From a virus (taxonomy: Duplodnaviria; Heunggongvirae; Uroviricota; Caudoviricetes), in the IMG/VR virus record IMGVR_UViG_3300007072_000340, positions 30,216 through 94,215 of that record: DNA of 64,000 nt, one strand, 5' to 3'. A program made the translations under genes and the position numbers. This document shows, one piece after another, positions 63,602 to 64,000 of the stretch (the stretch's first letter is position 1; each line of letters starts with the position of its first letter). The notes under the pieces were generated by a model. It did not search any database. It saw nothing but the letters and a program-made list of their open reading frames with translations, and had not been told where the DNA came from.

Positions 63602-64000
63602 ATGAATACGATGGTCAGTCCGATGTTGCGGCTTTTTCGGGATGGCGTCCAGGACTACCAACCGGAAGCTCAGGAACTTGCCCGTGAAACCGGCGACCCG
63701 CAGGTTTCCTACGAGAACCTGGAACGCATCCTCGCCACCGGGCTGATGATCCGGGACATCCTGGTCCGCCCGACCGGCACGCTCTTTCTGTTCTCGACCG
63801 GTGAGCAGTATTACGCGCCCGGCTTCCGGCTCGGTACGGACGGTCCGGCGACCGAGGGCCTGGCCCGGATCGCCGCCAAGGCCCGATTCGGCAGCTTCGA
63901 GCGGCTGCTGCGGCATCTCCGTGCCATCGAGCCGGACTACTGCGGCCCGGTCTATCCGCTGGCCCCGGACGGGGCGACGGTCGGCGGCGACCCCCGCTGA
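63602..64000 (+). CDS. Hypothetical protein (probable flanking host gene)
   Basis: 132-aa ORF on the opposite strand after the last recombinase; stop at window end; very high GC. Confidence 0.35.
   Translation: MNTMVSPMLRLFRDGVQDYQPEAQELARETGDPQVSYENLERILATGLMIRDILVRPTGTLFLFSTGEQYYAPGFRLGTDGPATEGLARIAAKARFGSFERLLRHLRAIEPDYCGPVYPLAPDGATVGGDPR

Noticed and set aside
1-64000. CRISPR arrays, rRNA genes, tyrosine integrase, attachment-site repeats
   Set aside because: No spacer-repeat periodicity, no rRNA-like conserved blocks, and no tyrosine recombinase motifs seen; window ends may lie just outside the integration junctions.

Overview
High-GC window (about 62-66% GC) that is almost entirely one siphovirus-like phage or prophage genome. 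Left arm (1-8175, minus strand): partial HTH protein, S1 serine protease, SNF2 helicase, a beta-class DNA methyltransferase with an out-of-frame HNH endonuclease ORF inside it, and a ParB-like nuclease. Replication module (8325-15453, plus strand): AEP prim-pol/SF3 primase-helicase, DUF5664-like dNTP pyrophosphohydrolase, DnaQ-like 3'-5' exonuclease, then a lower-GC Cys/Gln-rich moron block flanked by a duplicated fragment of the exonuclease 3' end. Structural/lysis module (15674-50722, minus strand), in transcription order: SPFH protein, lysis-like cassette (Zn-ribbon protein, YiiX-like papain-fold peptidase, HNH-AP2 homing endonuclease, C39-like lipoprotein, candidate u-spanin, thioredoxin lipoprotein), TerL, portal, jelly-roll protein, repeat/connector fusion, scaffold, major capsid, tail tube, tape measure, five tandem jelly-roll paralogues, a second repeat protein, a GIY-YIG homing endonuclease, a 1003-aa distal tail protein. 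A roughly 4.7 kb array of about 40 minus-strand tRNA genes (51.15-55.81 kb) is interrupted by an HNH endonuclease gene and bounded by a strong terminator. About 31 tRNAs were resolved by hand; several show non-canonical features (C33, Leu-anticodon tRNAs without a long variable arm, palindromic hairpin insertions). Right arm (56-63.5 kb): small hypotheticals, a type IIB topoisomerase pair (GHKL-ATPase-like B plus Topo VI-A/Spo11-like A whose gene carries an in-frame TAA and a frameshift), two paralogous small serine recombinases, then a probable host gene. All calls are from manual reading of the ORF track and sequence; no similarity searches were run. Coordinates of RNA genes are approximate (+/-2 nt).
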